Positions 21,120-32,123 of a stretch of 64,000 nt of DNA are shown piece by piece. The stretch is taken from the NCBI GenBank assembly GCA_963712745.1, contig CAVQJC010000002.1, forward strand, positions 170,237 through 234,236. The letters run 5' to 3'. The position numbers and the translations under genes are program-made. This stretch comes from an uncultured Chloroflexia bacterium. GTDB lineage: Bacteria; Chloroflexota; Limnocylindria; Limnocylindrales; CSP1-4. Below the pieces are notes generated by a model, which saw only the letters and a program-made list of their open reading frames with translations, was not told the DNA's origin and did no database searches. Position 1 is the stretch's first letter. Each line of letters opens with the position of its first letter.

Positions 21120-21214
21120 CATGCTCTCTGCCGAACCGTTGCCATGAGAGCCCGGTTCAGGCACCCTTGATTGGTCGAGCCAGCCCCCCGGCAAGCCAAC
21201 GGAGGGGGTGTGCG

Positions 21215-22201
21215 ATGCGAGCGATCGTCCACGAGAAGTACGGGCCACTCAACGAGGTGCTCAGCGTCCAGGAGGCTGAGACCCCGACCGTAGCTGAGGG
21301 CGAGGTGCTGGTACGGGTCCAGGCTGCCTCGATCCACATCGGGGACTGCCACGGCATGCGGGGCGTGCCCTACGTCATGCGCCCGATCTTCGGCCTCCGC
21401 AAGCCCAAGGCGCGCGTGCCAGGCACGGATATGGCAGGCGTGGTGGAGCAGGTGGGGAGTGGCGTGACCACGCTCAAGCCGGGCGACGAAGTCTTCGGCT
21501 GGGGCAAGGGCGCCTTCGCCGAACTGGCACTCGCGCCGGAGGACCAGCTCCTGCCAAAGCCGGCAGACCTCACCTTCGAACAGGCGGCGGCCCTGGGTGT
21601 CTCGGCCATCACCGGCCTCGTGGCCATCCGCGACGAGGGCAAGGTGCAGGCGGGGCAGAAGGTACTCGTCAACGGAGCATCCGGCGGCGTAGGCACCTTC
21701 GCGGTGCAGGTAGCCAAGGCCCTGGGCGCCGAGGTGACCGGCGTGTGCAGCGGCCGCAACGCCGCGCTGGTCCGGTCGATCGGAGCGGACCACATCATCG
21801 ACTACACGAAGGAGGACTTCACCCAGGGCGGGCCGGTCTACGACCTCATCCTCGACAACGTCGGCAACCACTCGTTCAGCGACCTGCGACGCGCCGTCGC
21901 CAGCGGCGGGAAGCTGCTCTCCAACGGCGCGCCGGTCAACGGCTGGTTCGGTGGGCTGGACCATGTCGTCGAAGCCATGGTCCAATCGATCTTCTCGAGA
22001 AAGCAAGGGCGTCCTTTCGTCGCCATGGGCAGCATCGAGCGGCTGACGGACGTGCGCGACCTCGCTGAAACGGGGGATATCAAGCCGGTCATCGACTCCA
22101 GCTTCCCCCTGGAGCAGGGCCCCGAGGCCATCCTCCACGTCGTCGATGGCCATGCCGCGGGCACGGTGGTCATCACCATGGACAGCCCGCCTGCGACGTG
22201 A
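21215..22201 (+). CDS. NAD(P)-dependent MDR/quinone oxidoreductase-like protein
   Basis: PGTDMAGVV, GAFAE, VLVNGASGGVGTFAVQ, IIDYTKED, IKPVID. Confidence 0.9.
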   Translation: MRAIVHEKYGPLNEVLSVQEAETPTVAEGEVLVRVQAASIHIGDCHGMRGVPYVMRPIFGLRKPKARVPGTDMAGVVEQVGSGVTTLKPGDEVFGWGKGAFAELALAPEDQLLPKPADLTFEQAAALGVSAITGLVAIRDEGKVQAGQKVLVNGASGGVGTFAVQVAKALGAEVTGVCSGRNAALVRSIGADHIIDYTKEDFTQGGPVYDLILDNVGNHSFSDLRRAVASGGKLLSNGAPVNGWFGGLDHVVEAMVQSIFSRKQGRPFVAMGSIERLTDVRDLAETGDIKPVIDSSFPLEQGPEAILHVVDGHAAGTVVITMDSPPAT

Positions 22202-22788
22202 CCGCCGCCCAAGGACGACCCCACGGGGACGCGACGCTGAATCACCGGGTCGTCGTTGTGCGGCATGGTGGCCCGGAGGTCCTGGCACTCATCGAGGAGC
22301 CGCTGCCCGAGCCCGCTGCTGACGAGGTCCGCGTCAGGGTCCAGGCGGCAGGAGTGTCCGCCTACGACCTCATGCACCGTCGGTCGGGCCGGCTCCCGGG
22401 CACTCCCAAGGTGCCGTTCACACTGGGCGAGGACGTAGTCGGCGAGGTAGACGCGGTGGGCGCCAGGGTGACGGAGCTGGTGCCCGGGCAACGTGTGGCT
22501 GCCGCCACCTGGTCGCGTGGATCGGGTGGCTACACCGAGTACATCTGCCTGCCGGCCAGTGACTTCGTGCCCGCACCCTTCTTCCCGACGCTCGACAAGC
22601 TTGCCCGGACGGACCCCGCCTGGTACCGGGATACGCTAGGGGAGCTGCTGGACCTGCTCGCCGACCGCGTGATCCGGCCGATCGTGGCAGAGCGCGTCCC
22701 ACTGGCCCAAGCCGCCCGAGCTCACGAGTTACTCGAGCGAGGTGGGCACCGGGGCAAGGTCGTCCTTGTGACCGACATCCCAGACTAG
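22198..22788 (+). pseudogene. MDR oxidoreductase with in-frame deletion of the Rossmann domain
   Basis: ADH_N region (HGGPEVL, LGEDVVGEV, GGYTEY) joins directly to the C-terminal IRPIVAERVPL...GKVVL; no GxxGxxG motif. Confidence 0.7.
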
Positions 22789-22839
22789 CGGTAGGATCTC
22801 GGCTGGCCGGCCAACGCGCCCTTGACGCACGCCTTGACC

Positions 22840-22980
22840 ATGGCCTCGCCCGTTTCGAGCGTGCCGACCGGGCCTCTGACCGCGCGGTTCACCGCCGGCG
22901 ATATGGCGGGCCGCTACATCACGACCTTCGAGATGGACGGTCGCAACAGCCACAAGATGTTCGTGGACGTAGTCGAGTAG
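22840..22980 (+). pseudogene. Short ORF or C-terminal gene remnant
   Basis: 46 aa ending FTAGDMAGRYITTFEMDGRNSHKMFVDVVE; coding-like codon use in the 3' half. Confidence 0.3.
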
Positions 22981-23104
22981 GACGCAGGACCCGAGCGACG
23001 GACGGGGAATGAGCGTAGATGCTGGCCCCGCCCGTCCGTTCGGCGTCCGAGCACCAGGAACCGCGGCGGGCCGTCGGCGCCCGCCGATCAGCGAGGCCGA
23101 CCGA

Positions 23105-23434
23105 CTACTTCGCGGGCAGGGTCTCGGCGTAGCTGACGCCCTCATCCACCCAGGCTCGTAGGGCCCGTTCGTCACGGAACCCCCTTTCGTCCACGGTGAT
23201 CCACCCGAGCATGGGTCGCGAGGTGAAGTCCATGGTCCGGGCACCGGGCTTGGCGAGCGCCCGTTCGTGCGCGTCCTTGCCGACACGAACCATCAGCTCT
23301 GCACCGTTCACGCCAACGGCCATGTTGCCGCCGATCATGAAGGCGACCCCTCCGAACATCGCTTTCTCGGTGAGGGCCGGGTGTTCTCCGATGCAGGCAC
23401 GGACTCGCCCCGCGAGTGCTTCGTCGTAGCTCAT
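23105..23434 (-). CDS. TfoX/Sxy N-terminal domain protein
   Basis: MSYDEALAGRVR...EKAMFGGVAFMIGGNM...LMVRVG...PMLGW; AAGGAGG RBS. Confidence 0.85.
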   Translation of the reverse strand: MSYDEALAGRVRACIGEHPALTEKAMFGGVAFMIGGNMAVGVNGAELMVRVGKDAHERALAKPGARTMDFTSRPMLGWITVDERGFRDERALRAWVDEGVSYAETLPAK

Positions 23435-23552
23435 CACGACCTCCTTGTGTGGCCAAGTGGGTCCGTGCGGCTGCCCCAGCTTGGATGAGGCCCCAAGATG
23501 CGGCAAGACGCGGTGTAGACGACTCGAAGTCGGACTTCACGACGGGATGGTC

Positions 23553-24641
23553 TCAGTGGACCTGAGTCAGCCCTGGCTCCGTCGTCGGCTGCGGTCTGAC
23601 CGGGTCGGGGAACAGTCGCGGACGGAGGCGGATAGCCGACCACACCAGCGCCAGCATGATGGGCACTTCGATGAGCGGGCCGACCACCGTAGCCAGGGCG
23701 ACGGTGGGCGAGAAGGCCGTGATGGCGATGGCGATGGCGATCTCGAAGTCACGCCCGGTCGAGTTGAAGGCGACTGCGACGCCGTCGCCGTAGGCGAAGC
23801 GCAGGCGGGAGCTGATGAGCAGCGCCGCGAAGAACATGACCACGAAGAAGATGGACATGGGGATAGCCATGTCGACGACGATCATCGGCTGCTCCAGGAT
23901 GAGGTCACCTTTGAGTGCGAACATCACGATGAGCGTGAACAGCAGGCCCACGATGGAGAGGCCATTGAGGTACGGCTTGAGCGACTCCATGGCCACTTCC
24001 CCTCGCCGCCGCACCACGTACTGCCGGGTCAGGACGCCGGCCGCGAGCGGCAGACCCAGGTACAGCAGCACGCTCTCGAAGACGACCCAGACCTCGAAGG
24101 CGACGTCCCCGATGAGCAACTGCGAGTAGACCGGGATGAGCGCCATCTGGATGACCGAGTTGAGGGCCACGAAGACGAGGGCCATGGCCGTATTGCCGCG
24201 TGCCAGATAGGTGAACACGATGACCATGGCGATGCATGGAGCAAGCCCGTAGAGGATCAGGCCGGTTCGTAGCTCCGGATCCGAGACGAAGACGTTGGCC
24301 AGCAAGAACATGAAGAACGGGGCGACGAGGTAGTTGAGGATCATCACCACAGCCAGCTGCCTGGGCGATCGGAAGGCGTCTCCGACCTCGGTGAGACGCA
24401 CGTTGGTCATAGCCGGATACATCATCGCGAACAGACCCAGAGGCACGCCCAGCGAGATGAGAGCGGGCACGCTGGCGTCGAACGTTCCGCCCGCCATGGC
24501 CTTCAGCGCGTCGATGGGAGGCGTCAGCTCGAAGTCGGAGATGTTCAGCAGACTGCCGATGCCGATGCCGATGGCCATGCTGACCCCGACGAACACGGGC
24601 AGGAGCCTGAAGTCCTCGAGCCGGAGAAGGAGCGAACGCAT
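23553..24641 (-). CDS. acr3: Acr3 arsenite efflux transporter
   Basis: MMYP, GLAPCIAMV, VALNS, LLFTLIVMFALKG, FEIAIAIA, VVGPLIEVP. Confidence 0.9.
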   Translation of the reverse strand: MRSLLLRLEDFRLLPVFVGVSMAIGIGIGSLLNISDFELTPPIDALKAMAGGTFDASVPALISLGVPLGLFAMMYPAMTNVRLTEVGDAFRSPRQLAVVMILNYLVAPFFMFLLANVFVSDPELRTGLILYGLAPCIAMVIVFTYLARGNTAMALVFVALNSVIQMALIPVYSQLLIGDVAFEVWVVFESVLLYLGLPLAAGVLTRQYVVRRRGEVAMESLKPYLNGLSIVGLLFTLIVMFALKGDLILEQPMIVVDMAIPMSIFFVVMFFAALLISSRLRFAYGDGVAVAFNSTGRDFEIAIAIAITAFSPTVALATVVGPLIEVPIMLALVWSAIRLRPRLFPDPVRPQPTTEPGLTQVH

Positions 24642-24741
24642 ACGTCAGCCCTTCCGGTGGCCGGATCCCGAGTCAGCGCCGACACCGGACGCCGCCCTCG
24701 TACGCTCTTGCTGCTTCATGCCTCATCCCCCACCCGTAACC

Positions 24742-24764
24742 TACCTCAGCAGCGAGTGTCTCAG
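24742..24764. promoter_or_regulatory. Putative ArsR operator upstream of acr3
   Basis: TACCTCAGCAGCGAGTGTCTCAG, similar to the arsR upstream site. Confidence 0.4.
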
Positions 24765-24858
24765 GGAAGATCGGTGCACATCAGAGCCAACGGTCACGGG
24801 TCGTCAGGGCCCGCGGCCTGGCCGCGCGCGCTCGCGCTCAGATCTGCAGGCCGACACT

Positions 24859-26184
24859 CTAGGTTTCCCCGTGTTCGCCGGCTTCCGCGAGCCGCTCCTT
24901 GTACTCCGCCCAAGGATCGTAGTCCGGGTCGAGCGGCTCTTGCGCTGGCCGCTCCATCTGCGGCACGTGCTCGAGGTTGACGCGGATGCGGGTCCAGGTG
25001 GTGGAACGGCCGCGCATGGCGTCGACCAGGACATCGGCCGGCTCCAGCTTCGCGGCGGCCTCGGGATGGCGAGCCTTCCAGCGTTCGAGACCGGCCAGCG
25101 CATCGACCTTCTTCGCAGCGCGGGCGATCTCGATGAGCGGCTTGGTGGACTTGCGTCGGCCGCTGGGCGACGGCTGGGTCACAGCCTTGCGCTTGGAAGG
25201 CTGGACCCGCGGCGGCTCACCCTCCTGCTTGCGGTAGTGGGGCGGCCACGGCGCATCGCCCAACCCCTCGGCCTCGTGCCTGGCCGACAGCTCCAGCAAG
25301 GCCTCAAGCGACCCGACTGCTTCATCGATGCCCGCGTGGCGGTCGCCGTGCGCCTCGAACAGCGCCGGCACCGTGGCCAGGGTGTAGTCCTCCGCTACGA
25401 CAGCCGGAACCTCGTCCCAGTCGAGCGGCATCGAGACGCGCGCATCGGGCAGCGGCCGCACCGAGAAGGCCGAAGCCACGGTGCGGTCCTTGGCATTCTG
25501 GTTGTAGTCGAGGAAGACCCCGTGGCGCTCCTCCTTCCACCACTTGCTGGTGGCCAGCTCCGGCGCCCGCGTTTCGACATCGCGGGCCAGAGCCAGCGCC
25601 GCCCGCCGCACTTCCGGGTAGGTCCAACTGCGGCTCGATGCGCACGTTGATGTGGATGCCGCGCGAGCCCGAGGTCTTGGGCCAGCCCACCAGGCCGACC
25701 GCCTCGAGCGCCTCCCGCGTCACCAGGGCCACCTTGCGCACGTCGTCCCAGGGCACGCCGGGCACCGGGTCGAGGTCGACGCGCAGCTCATCGGGATGGT
25801 CGAGGTCCTCGGCACGTACCGGGTGCGGATTGAGGTCGAGGCAGCCCAGATTGGCGACCCAGGCCAGCGAGGCCGCGTCGCGCAGCACGATCTCCTCCGC
25901 AGTACGGCCGGAGGGGAACGAGAGCGAGACCGTGTCGATCCACTCGGGCCGCTTGTCGGGTGCGCGCTTCTGGAAGAAGAACTCACCGTCGGCGCCGTTC
26001 GACGAAGCGCTTGAGCGCCATCGGCCGTCCGCCCGCACCGCGCAGGGCGCCATCGGCCACCGCGAGGTAGTAGCGCACCAGGTCGAGCTTGGTGTAGCCC
26101 GGGTCCCGACCAGTAGACCTTGTCGGGATTGGTGACCTTGACCTCGCGCCCCCCGACGTCGAGCAGCTCGAAGTTGGTGGCCAT
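24859..26184 (-). CDS. LigD-type primase-polymerase (Prim-PolC-like) with C-terminal extension, frameshifted
   Basis: VTNPDKVYW, TKLDLVRYY, FFQKRAP, PDELRVDLDP, KTSGSRGIH, FLDYNQNAKDRTVASAFSVRP across about 4 frames. Confidence 0.9.
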
Positions 26185-26733
26185 GCGGCTACGCTTCGGA
26201 AGCCCCCTCGGCGTGCCCGGCAGCATGTGCCCCTCGGCCAGCCAGCGCTCGCGGTCGTGGCGCAGGATCTCCAGCGTCTCCGCCACCCCGGCCCAGCCGT
26301 CGATCTCGACCGACTTGTCCTCGAGGTTCTTGTAGGTGTGGAAGAACTGCTCGATCTCGCGCAGCTTGTGCGGCGAGACCTGGCGCAACGCCTCGAGGTA
26401 TGCGTAGAGGGGGTCGGCCAGCGCGACACACAGGACCTTGTAGTCGACACCCTGCTCGTCGGACATCCTGAGCACGCCGACCGGGCGGGCCCAGACGTGA
26501 CAGCCCGGGAAGGTGGGCTCGTCGATGAGCAGCATGGCGTCGGTGTGGTCGCCGTCGTCGGCCCGCGTGCCCTCGATGAATCCGTAGTCGAAGTTGTAGA
26601 ACACGGCCGAGCTCAGGACCCGGTCGAGCCGGATGACCTTGGCCTCCTCGTCGTACTCGTACTTGTTGCGGCTGCCGGCGGGGATCTCGACGACCACCTC
26701 GATGACGGCAGGGAAGCCGGCTTGAGTCTGCAT
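26185..26733 (-). CDS. ppa: Inorganic pyrophosphatase (family I); as sequenced reads in frame into Prim-Pol
   Basis: EIPAGSRNKYEYD, LDRVL, DYGFI, DGDHTD, MSDEQGVDYKV, FFHTYKNLE. Confidence 0.9.
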
Positions 26734-26782
26734 CCGCGCAGTCTACGGCCACCGGGGACTCCGCGACCGATAGACTCATCGG

Positions 26783-27310
26783 ATGGACGCCATCAAAGCC
26801 ATCCGCACGCTTCGGGTCGTGCGCGAGTACAAGCCGCAGCCGCTGACCGACGACGAGGTCCGCGCCATCGCCGACGCTGCCCGCAAGACCGGCTCGTCCA
26901 AGAACACCCAGCGCTGGGACTTCGTCACCATCCAGGATCCCGAGGCGCTGAAGCGTCTGTCTGGCGTGACCATCTACGCCAAGCACCTGCCCTACGCCGG
27001 TGCCGCCATCGGGCTCATCGTCGATGCGCCGAAGCCCGAGCATGCGCGCTCGGTGCTGTGGGATCTTGGCCGTGCCGCGCAGAACATCACGCTTGCCGCC
27101 TGGGACATGGGCATCGGCTCATGCCCCATCACGGTGCAGGACTTCGATCTCGCCGCAGACGTGCTGGGCCTGCCCGACAGCAAGCAGTGTCAGTACATCA
27201 TCGCCCTGGGCTGGCCGGCCGACCCGGACGACCTGACCCGGTCTCCGCGCGCAGGCGGGCGCAAGGACTACGACGAGGTCGTGCACAACGAGCGCTGGGG
27301 TCAGCACTAA
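26783..27310 (+). CDS. Nitroreductase family protein
   Basis: IRTLRVVREY, SSKNTQRWDF, DLGRAAQNITLAAWDMGIGSC, RK. Confidence 0.88.
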   Translation: MDAIKAIRTLRVVREYKPQPLTDDEVRAIADAARKTGSSKNTQRWDFVTIQDPEALKRLSGVTIYAKHLPYAGAAIGLIVDAPKPEHARSVLWDLGRAAQNITLAAWDMGIGSCPITVQDFDLAADVLGLPDSKQCQYIIALGWPADPDDLTRSPRAGGRKDYDEVVHNERWGQH

Positions 27311-27332
27311 CCGGGACACGGAGGAGAGGACG

Positions 27333-27764
27333 ATGAGAGCCAAGATCGGAGCAATGGTGGCCGCAGCGGCTGCCGCGGCGAGCGCAGCAGGAGCAGCCGC
27401 CTGGGCCAAACGCCGCAAGGGCGACAAGGGGTCCCACGTGGCGGCAAGCAAGGCCGCGGGAAGCGCCGACGTGGTGCGAGCGCAGCCGGCGGGAGCTGCG
27501 GCCAAGCCCGAGCCGGAAGCTGGGATCAAGCCCGCGGCAACGGTGGACCGACCCGCAGTGGGCGAGGACGACCTGACCACCATCAAGGGGCTGGGCAAGG
27601 TCACGGTCACCAAGCTGGCTGAGCGAGGCATCACCAGCTTTGCCCAGATCGCGGCTTGGACCGATGCCGACCTGACCGAGGTCGGGCCGCAGATCAACGT
27701 CAGCCCGGGCCGCATCAAGCGCGAGGATTGGGTGGGCCAGGCACGGGCCCTGTCCGAGGGGTAG
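27333..27764 (+). CDS. Ala-rich N-terminus plus helix-hairpin-helix domain protein
   Basis: DDLTTIKGLG...GITSFAQIAAWT...RIKREDWVGQA; AGAGGA RBS. Confidence 0.7.
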   Translation: MRAKIGAMVAAAAAAASAAGAAAWAKRRKGDKGSHVAASKAAGSADVVRAQPAGAAAKPEPEAGIKPAATVDRPAVGEDDLTTIKGLGKVTVTKLAERGITSFAQIAAWTDADLTEVGPQINVSPGRIKREDWVGQARALSEG

Positions 27765-27833
27765 CGAGCGCCCCGCCGTCTCGGCCGGGACGCCGGGCTG
27801 CCCGACCGCGACCGGCGGCTCAGCTCGCCATCG

Positions 27834-28313
27834 TCAACGCGACTCCTCGAGGGCGATGACGAACGGGCCCCAGGGCCACTCGTGGGGCAGCATCCAGCCG
27901 CGTCGGCCGAAGGGCGAGCGCACCGGTCGCGGGGGCCGTTCGGAGACACGAGAGGGCGGCAGGAACCGGGGTCGCTCCAGGTAGAAGGCGGCCAGCCCCG
28001 CACCGTGCCGGCCGACGTACGCGGCCAGCAGCGAGTCCTCCTCGGGTCCCTCCAGCAGCAGCTGGACCGGGCCGTAGCGGACTGCGGCCGTGGCGGCGCC
28101 GAGGAGGCGGTCGTGAGCCACTCGCTCGAACGGCAGCGGGGTCATCGCCATGGCCCCGGTGAGGTCCGGGACGGCCCATACCAGCGCGACGATACGGTCG
28201 GCCGGACCGGTCTGTCCGGGCACCACCTCCTGGGCCAGCGCGGCGATCGCGCTTCGTCCGCCGGGCGCGCGCAACCGGATCAGCAGGTCCTCGAGTCGAG
28301 CTGGTCCGGGCAT
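27834..28313 (-). CDS. Hypothetical protein (possible degenerate VOC fold)
   Basis: LLLEGP...LAAYVGRHGAGLAAFY resembles glyoxalase-like proteins. Confidence 0.55.
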   Translation of the reverse strand: MPGPARLEDLLIRLRAPGGRSAIAALAQEVVPGQTGPADRIVALVWAVPDLTGAMAMTPLPFERVAHDRLLGAATAAVRYGPVQLLLEGPEEDSLLAAYVGRHGAGLAAFYLERPRFLPPSRVSERPPRPVRSPFGRRGWMLPHEWPWGPFVIALEESR

Positions 28314-28428
28314 CGCCTCACATGCTACGTGCGCGGGGCAGCACAGCGCCGCCGGGCAGATGTGACACCGGCGGCGCGGGGCAGGCGAGGGGATCGGCCC
28401 TCAGGCTGATCCCTGCTGTATCGATGTC

Positions 28429-28614
28429 CTAGCGGTTGCGTGCCAGGAAGGCCATCACGTCTTCCAGCCGGAAGCGGCGGTCCCCCCGCTTGCAGACCCG
28501 ATAGAACGGCAGTTCGCCACGGTCGCCGAGACGTTTGACCGTGTTGACATGCAGGTGGAGGAGCTCAGCGACCTCGCTCGCGGTGAGCATGGGGCCGAGA
28601 TCGTTCGCTGCCAT
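28429..28614 (-). CDS. Excisionase-family HTH_17 (BldC-like) DNA-binding protein
   Basis: MLTASEVAELLHLHVNTVKRLGDRGELPFYRV...RRFRLEDV. Confidence 0.85.
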   Translation of the reverse strand: MAANDLGPMLTASEVAELLHLHVNTVKRLGDRGELPFYRVCKRGDRRFRLEDVMAFLARNR

Positions 28615-28954
28615 GGACGCCATCTAACGTTCCTTATCTCGCGTTCAGTGGGCTGCTGGACGTTGCTCGGTGCTCGGCTCGCTCGGCGCCACTGGAGGCC
28701 GAGCCACCAAGATCCTTGCGGACGCTTGTGATGCGGTCCATCGAGGTGTTGGTCGGCATGGTGGCGTCCGAACTGCCCCTCATCAACCCGTACTTGGGTC
28801 AGCCCCACAGGTACCGGGGGCCCGGTGCGTGGCTGCACCGACCGGCAGAATCGGGCCGAGCGCCAGGGACGGCGGGGCGTCGTACGCTGTGGTCACCCCT
28901 CGATCCCATCGGGACGCGAGGGCTCAGCGAGTAACCGACAGACACGGGAGACAG

Positions 28955-29272
28955 ATGATGATCCTGGCCACCTCCGACACCATCGAAGGACGCGAGATCG
29001 CCGAGACCATCGGCATCGTGCGCGGCAATGCGGCTCGTGCCCGTGGCATCGGCTACGACATCACCGCCGGCATCCGCAACATCTTCGGTGGCGCAGTGCC
29101 CGAATACTCGAACCTCATGACCGAGTCGCGCGACGAAGCCACTCAGAAGATGATCGAGGCAGCCCAGGCGTCGGGCGCCGACGCCATCGTGGCCGTGCGC
29201 TACACGACCTCGACGATCGCCAGCGGCGTCAGCGAGATCCTCGCCTTCGGTACAGCCGTCAAGTTCAAGTAG
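28955..29272 (+). CDS. YbjQ/UPF0145 family protein
   Basis: GIVRGN...IRNIFGG...SRDEATQKM...GADAIVAVRY...AFGTAVK. Confidence 0.9.
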   Translation: MMILATSDTIEGREIAETIGIVRGNAARARGIGYDITAGIRNIFGGAVPEYSNLMTESRDEATQKMIEAAQASGADAIVAVRYTTSTIASGVSEILAFGTAVKFK

Positions 29273-29489
29273 GACCGGCAGCCGCCGCCATCGGCGACGG
29301 CAGCTGACTCACGGGCGGCGAGGACTCGACGGAGATGGCGACCATCACGGGCCCGTTGCCGGGAGTAGATCCCGGGCGGGGACCGGTCGTGGAACTCCCG
29401 AGCCCGGAGGCGGTGTTCGATCTCGGCTTGGCGCGCGCTGCGTCATTGCACGACTGCTACAACCCACGAAGGGCACAGCCCTCCCGCGG

Positions 29490-30489
29490 TCAGCCTCGGT
29501 GGCGCCGTCTGAGGATGTCGAGGTAGACCGCGAGGATGACGATGATGCCGGTGATGGTGATCTGCCACTCCTGCGGCACCGACAGCAGGCGCAGGCCGTT
29601 CGTGAGCACGCTGATGATGAAGGCGCCGATGACGGTGCCGAAGATCGAACCTTCGCCACCGCTCAGCGAGGTGCCGCCGATGACGGCCGCGGCGATGGCA
29701 TCGAGCTCGTAGCCGAAGCCCTCGGCAGGCTGGGCCGAGTTGAGTCGCGCCGCGAGACCACGCCGGCGAGGCCCGCGAAGAGGCCGCTGAGCACGTAGGC
29801 CGAGGCCTTGTAGCGCATCGCGCGCACACCGGAGAGGCGGGTGGCTTCCTCGTTGCTGCCGATGGCGAAGATGTAGCGACCGAGCACCGTCTTGCGACAG
29901 GATGAAGCCGGCCACGATGGCCACGCCGAAGAAGACGAGCACGAGGTTCGGCAGAGGGAGGTCGAAGCCGGGGTCAGCGAATCGACGATGGAGCCCATGA
30001 AGGTCTCGGTTGAACTCGGGATTGTTCGGGAAGTAGACCGGGCGAACGTCGGAAAGGACCAGCGCCAGGCCGCGGGCGACGTTGAGCATGCCCAGCGTGG
30101 CGATGAACGGCGGCAGTCCGACGCGAGCGATGAGCGTGCCGTTGATGAGACCGATCAGGCCGCCGGCAAGGACGCCGACGACGATGCCGATGGGCACCGG
30201 CAGGCCGGATTGGTGATGAACGACCGCGGTCGATGACCGCGGAGAACGTCATGTTCGTGCCGATCGAGAGGTCGATGCCGGCGGTGATGATGACGAAGGT
30301 CACGCCGATGGCGAGGATGCCGACGACCGAGGTGGCCAGGATGATGTTGATGACGTTGTTGGACGTCAGGAAGAACGGGGAGGCGATGGTGAAGAAGATG
30401 ACGATGATGACAAGCGCACCCAGCGCCAGGACACGCTGGACCGCGTCGGACCTGAAGATGGACCCGGCTCGTTTCAGTGCGCTCTGCAT
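29490..30489 (-). CDS. Sugar ABC transporter permease (RbsC-like), frameshifted
   Basis: [57 protein letters not shown]. Confidence 0.88.
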
Positions 30490-32036
30490 CTATGCCCTCG
30501 ACCAAGTCCTTGACTTCGGCGACCGACTCGCGCTGCGTCGCGAGCGTCATGATCTTCTCCTGGTCCGCTTCGCGGCGGTCAGCTCGCCGGTGAGTCGGCC
30601 CTCGCACATGACGATGATGCGGTGGCTCATGCGCAGGATCTCCGGCAGCTCCGAGCTGATCATGATGATCGACTTGCCCTGCGGCGGCCAGCTCGTTGAG
30701 CAGGTGGTAGATCTCCTGCTTGGCGCCGACGTCGATGCCTCGCGTGGGCTCATCGAAGATGAGGATGTCCATCTCCGCGGTCAGCCACTTGGCGACGACG
30801 ACCTTCTGCTGGTTGCCGCCCGAGAGGTTGCGCGCCTTCTGGCCGATGCCCGGCGTCTTGATGTCGAGCTCCTCGACGCGCTGCTCGGCGGCCGCCTTGG
30901 TCTTGGCGGTATCGACCTGGCCGAGGCGACTTGAGGAACTGTCTGAACGAGGCCAGGGCGATGTTGGTCTCGAGGTCCAGGCCCAGGGTCAGGCCGTGTC
31001 GCTTGCGGTCCTCGGAGAGATAGGCGATGCCCATCCCGCACGGCCTGGGCCGGGTTGGTGATCTCCGCGACCTCGCCGTTGACGAGGATCTCGCCGGCGT
31101 CCTTGCTGGTCGGCCCCGAAGATGAGCCTGGCCAGTCTCCGTGCGACCGGCGCCGACGAGCCCGGCGACACCGAGGATCTCGCCGCGGCGCAGCTCGAAG
31201 GAGACGTCCTGGACTGCGCGGCCCGCGCGAGAGGCCCTTGACCTCGAGGACCACGTCCGGCTCGGCTAGGTCCGCCTCGGCACGTGGGGCGCCTCTTCGT
31301 AGATGGTGCGGCCGACCATCATCGAGATGATCTCGTCGATGATCACGGCGCCGATGTCGACCGTGTCGACGTGCTGGCCGTCACGCATGACCGTGACGCG
31401 GTCGGCGATCTCGCGCAGCTCCTCGAGCCGGTGGCGAGATGTGGACGATGCCCTTGCCCTGCTCTCGCAGCGAGCGGATGATGCGGAAGAGTTCCTCGAT
31501 CTCGGTCTCGGTCAGGGCGGCGGTCGGCTCGTCCATGATGAGCACCGACGCATCGAGCGACAGCGCCTTGGCGATCTCCACCATCTGCTGCTGCGCGACC
31601 TTGAGGTCCATGACCTTGGCGGTAGGGTCGAGCTTGAGGCCGAGCCGGTCGACGAGCTCGGCGGTCTTTCGGACCTGTGCCTTGTCGTCGACCGTGAAGC
31701 CGAGGCGGCCGCGCGGCTCACGGCCCAGGTAGATGTTCTGGGCCACCGTGAGGTGGGCGCCAGCACCAGTTCCTGGTGGATCATGCTGATGCCGAGGTCA
31801 CGACCGGCGCGCGGGTTGGGAACCTCGACCTGCCGGCCCTGGACCTCGATGGTGCCGGCGTCCTTCTGGTAGACGCCGGTGAGGACCTTCATCAGCGTCG
31901 ACTTGCCAGCGCCGTTCTCACCGACCAGCGCGTGCACCTCTCCGGGGCGCAGCTCGAACCGGGCATCCCGCAGCGCCTGCACGCCGGGGAAGGCCTTGTC
32001 GATGCCCTGCATCCGGATGAGTAGGTCGGCCGCCAT
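30490..32036 (-). CDS. Two-domain sugar ABC ATPase (RbsA-like), frameshifted
   Basis: [50 protein letters not shown]. Confidence 0.88.
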
Positions 32037-32058
32037 CCGGGTCCTCGCTCAGACGGAA

Positions 32059-32105
32059 TGGACGAACGGGACTGCCGCTCGGATCGCGGCAGTCCCGTCG
32101 GTCCA
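32059..32105. terminator. Intercistronic hairpin after the SBP gene
   Basis: ACGGGACTGCCGC-tcggatc-GCGGCAGTCCCGT; typical SBP mRNA stabiliser or attenuator position. Confidence 0.7.
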
Positions 32106-32123
32106 GTGACTCAAGGGTTCGGG

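Noticed and set aside
13903-26184. Complete NHEJ system
   Set aside because: No Ku or phosphoesterase domain seen; fits LigC/Prim-PolC gap repair better.
28429-28614. Prophage excisionase
   Set aside because: No integrase, att site or phage genes nearby; more likely a stand-alone BldC-like regulator.
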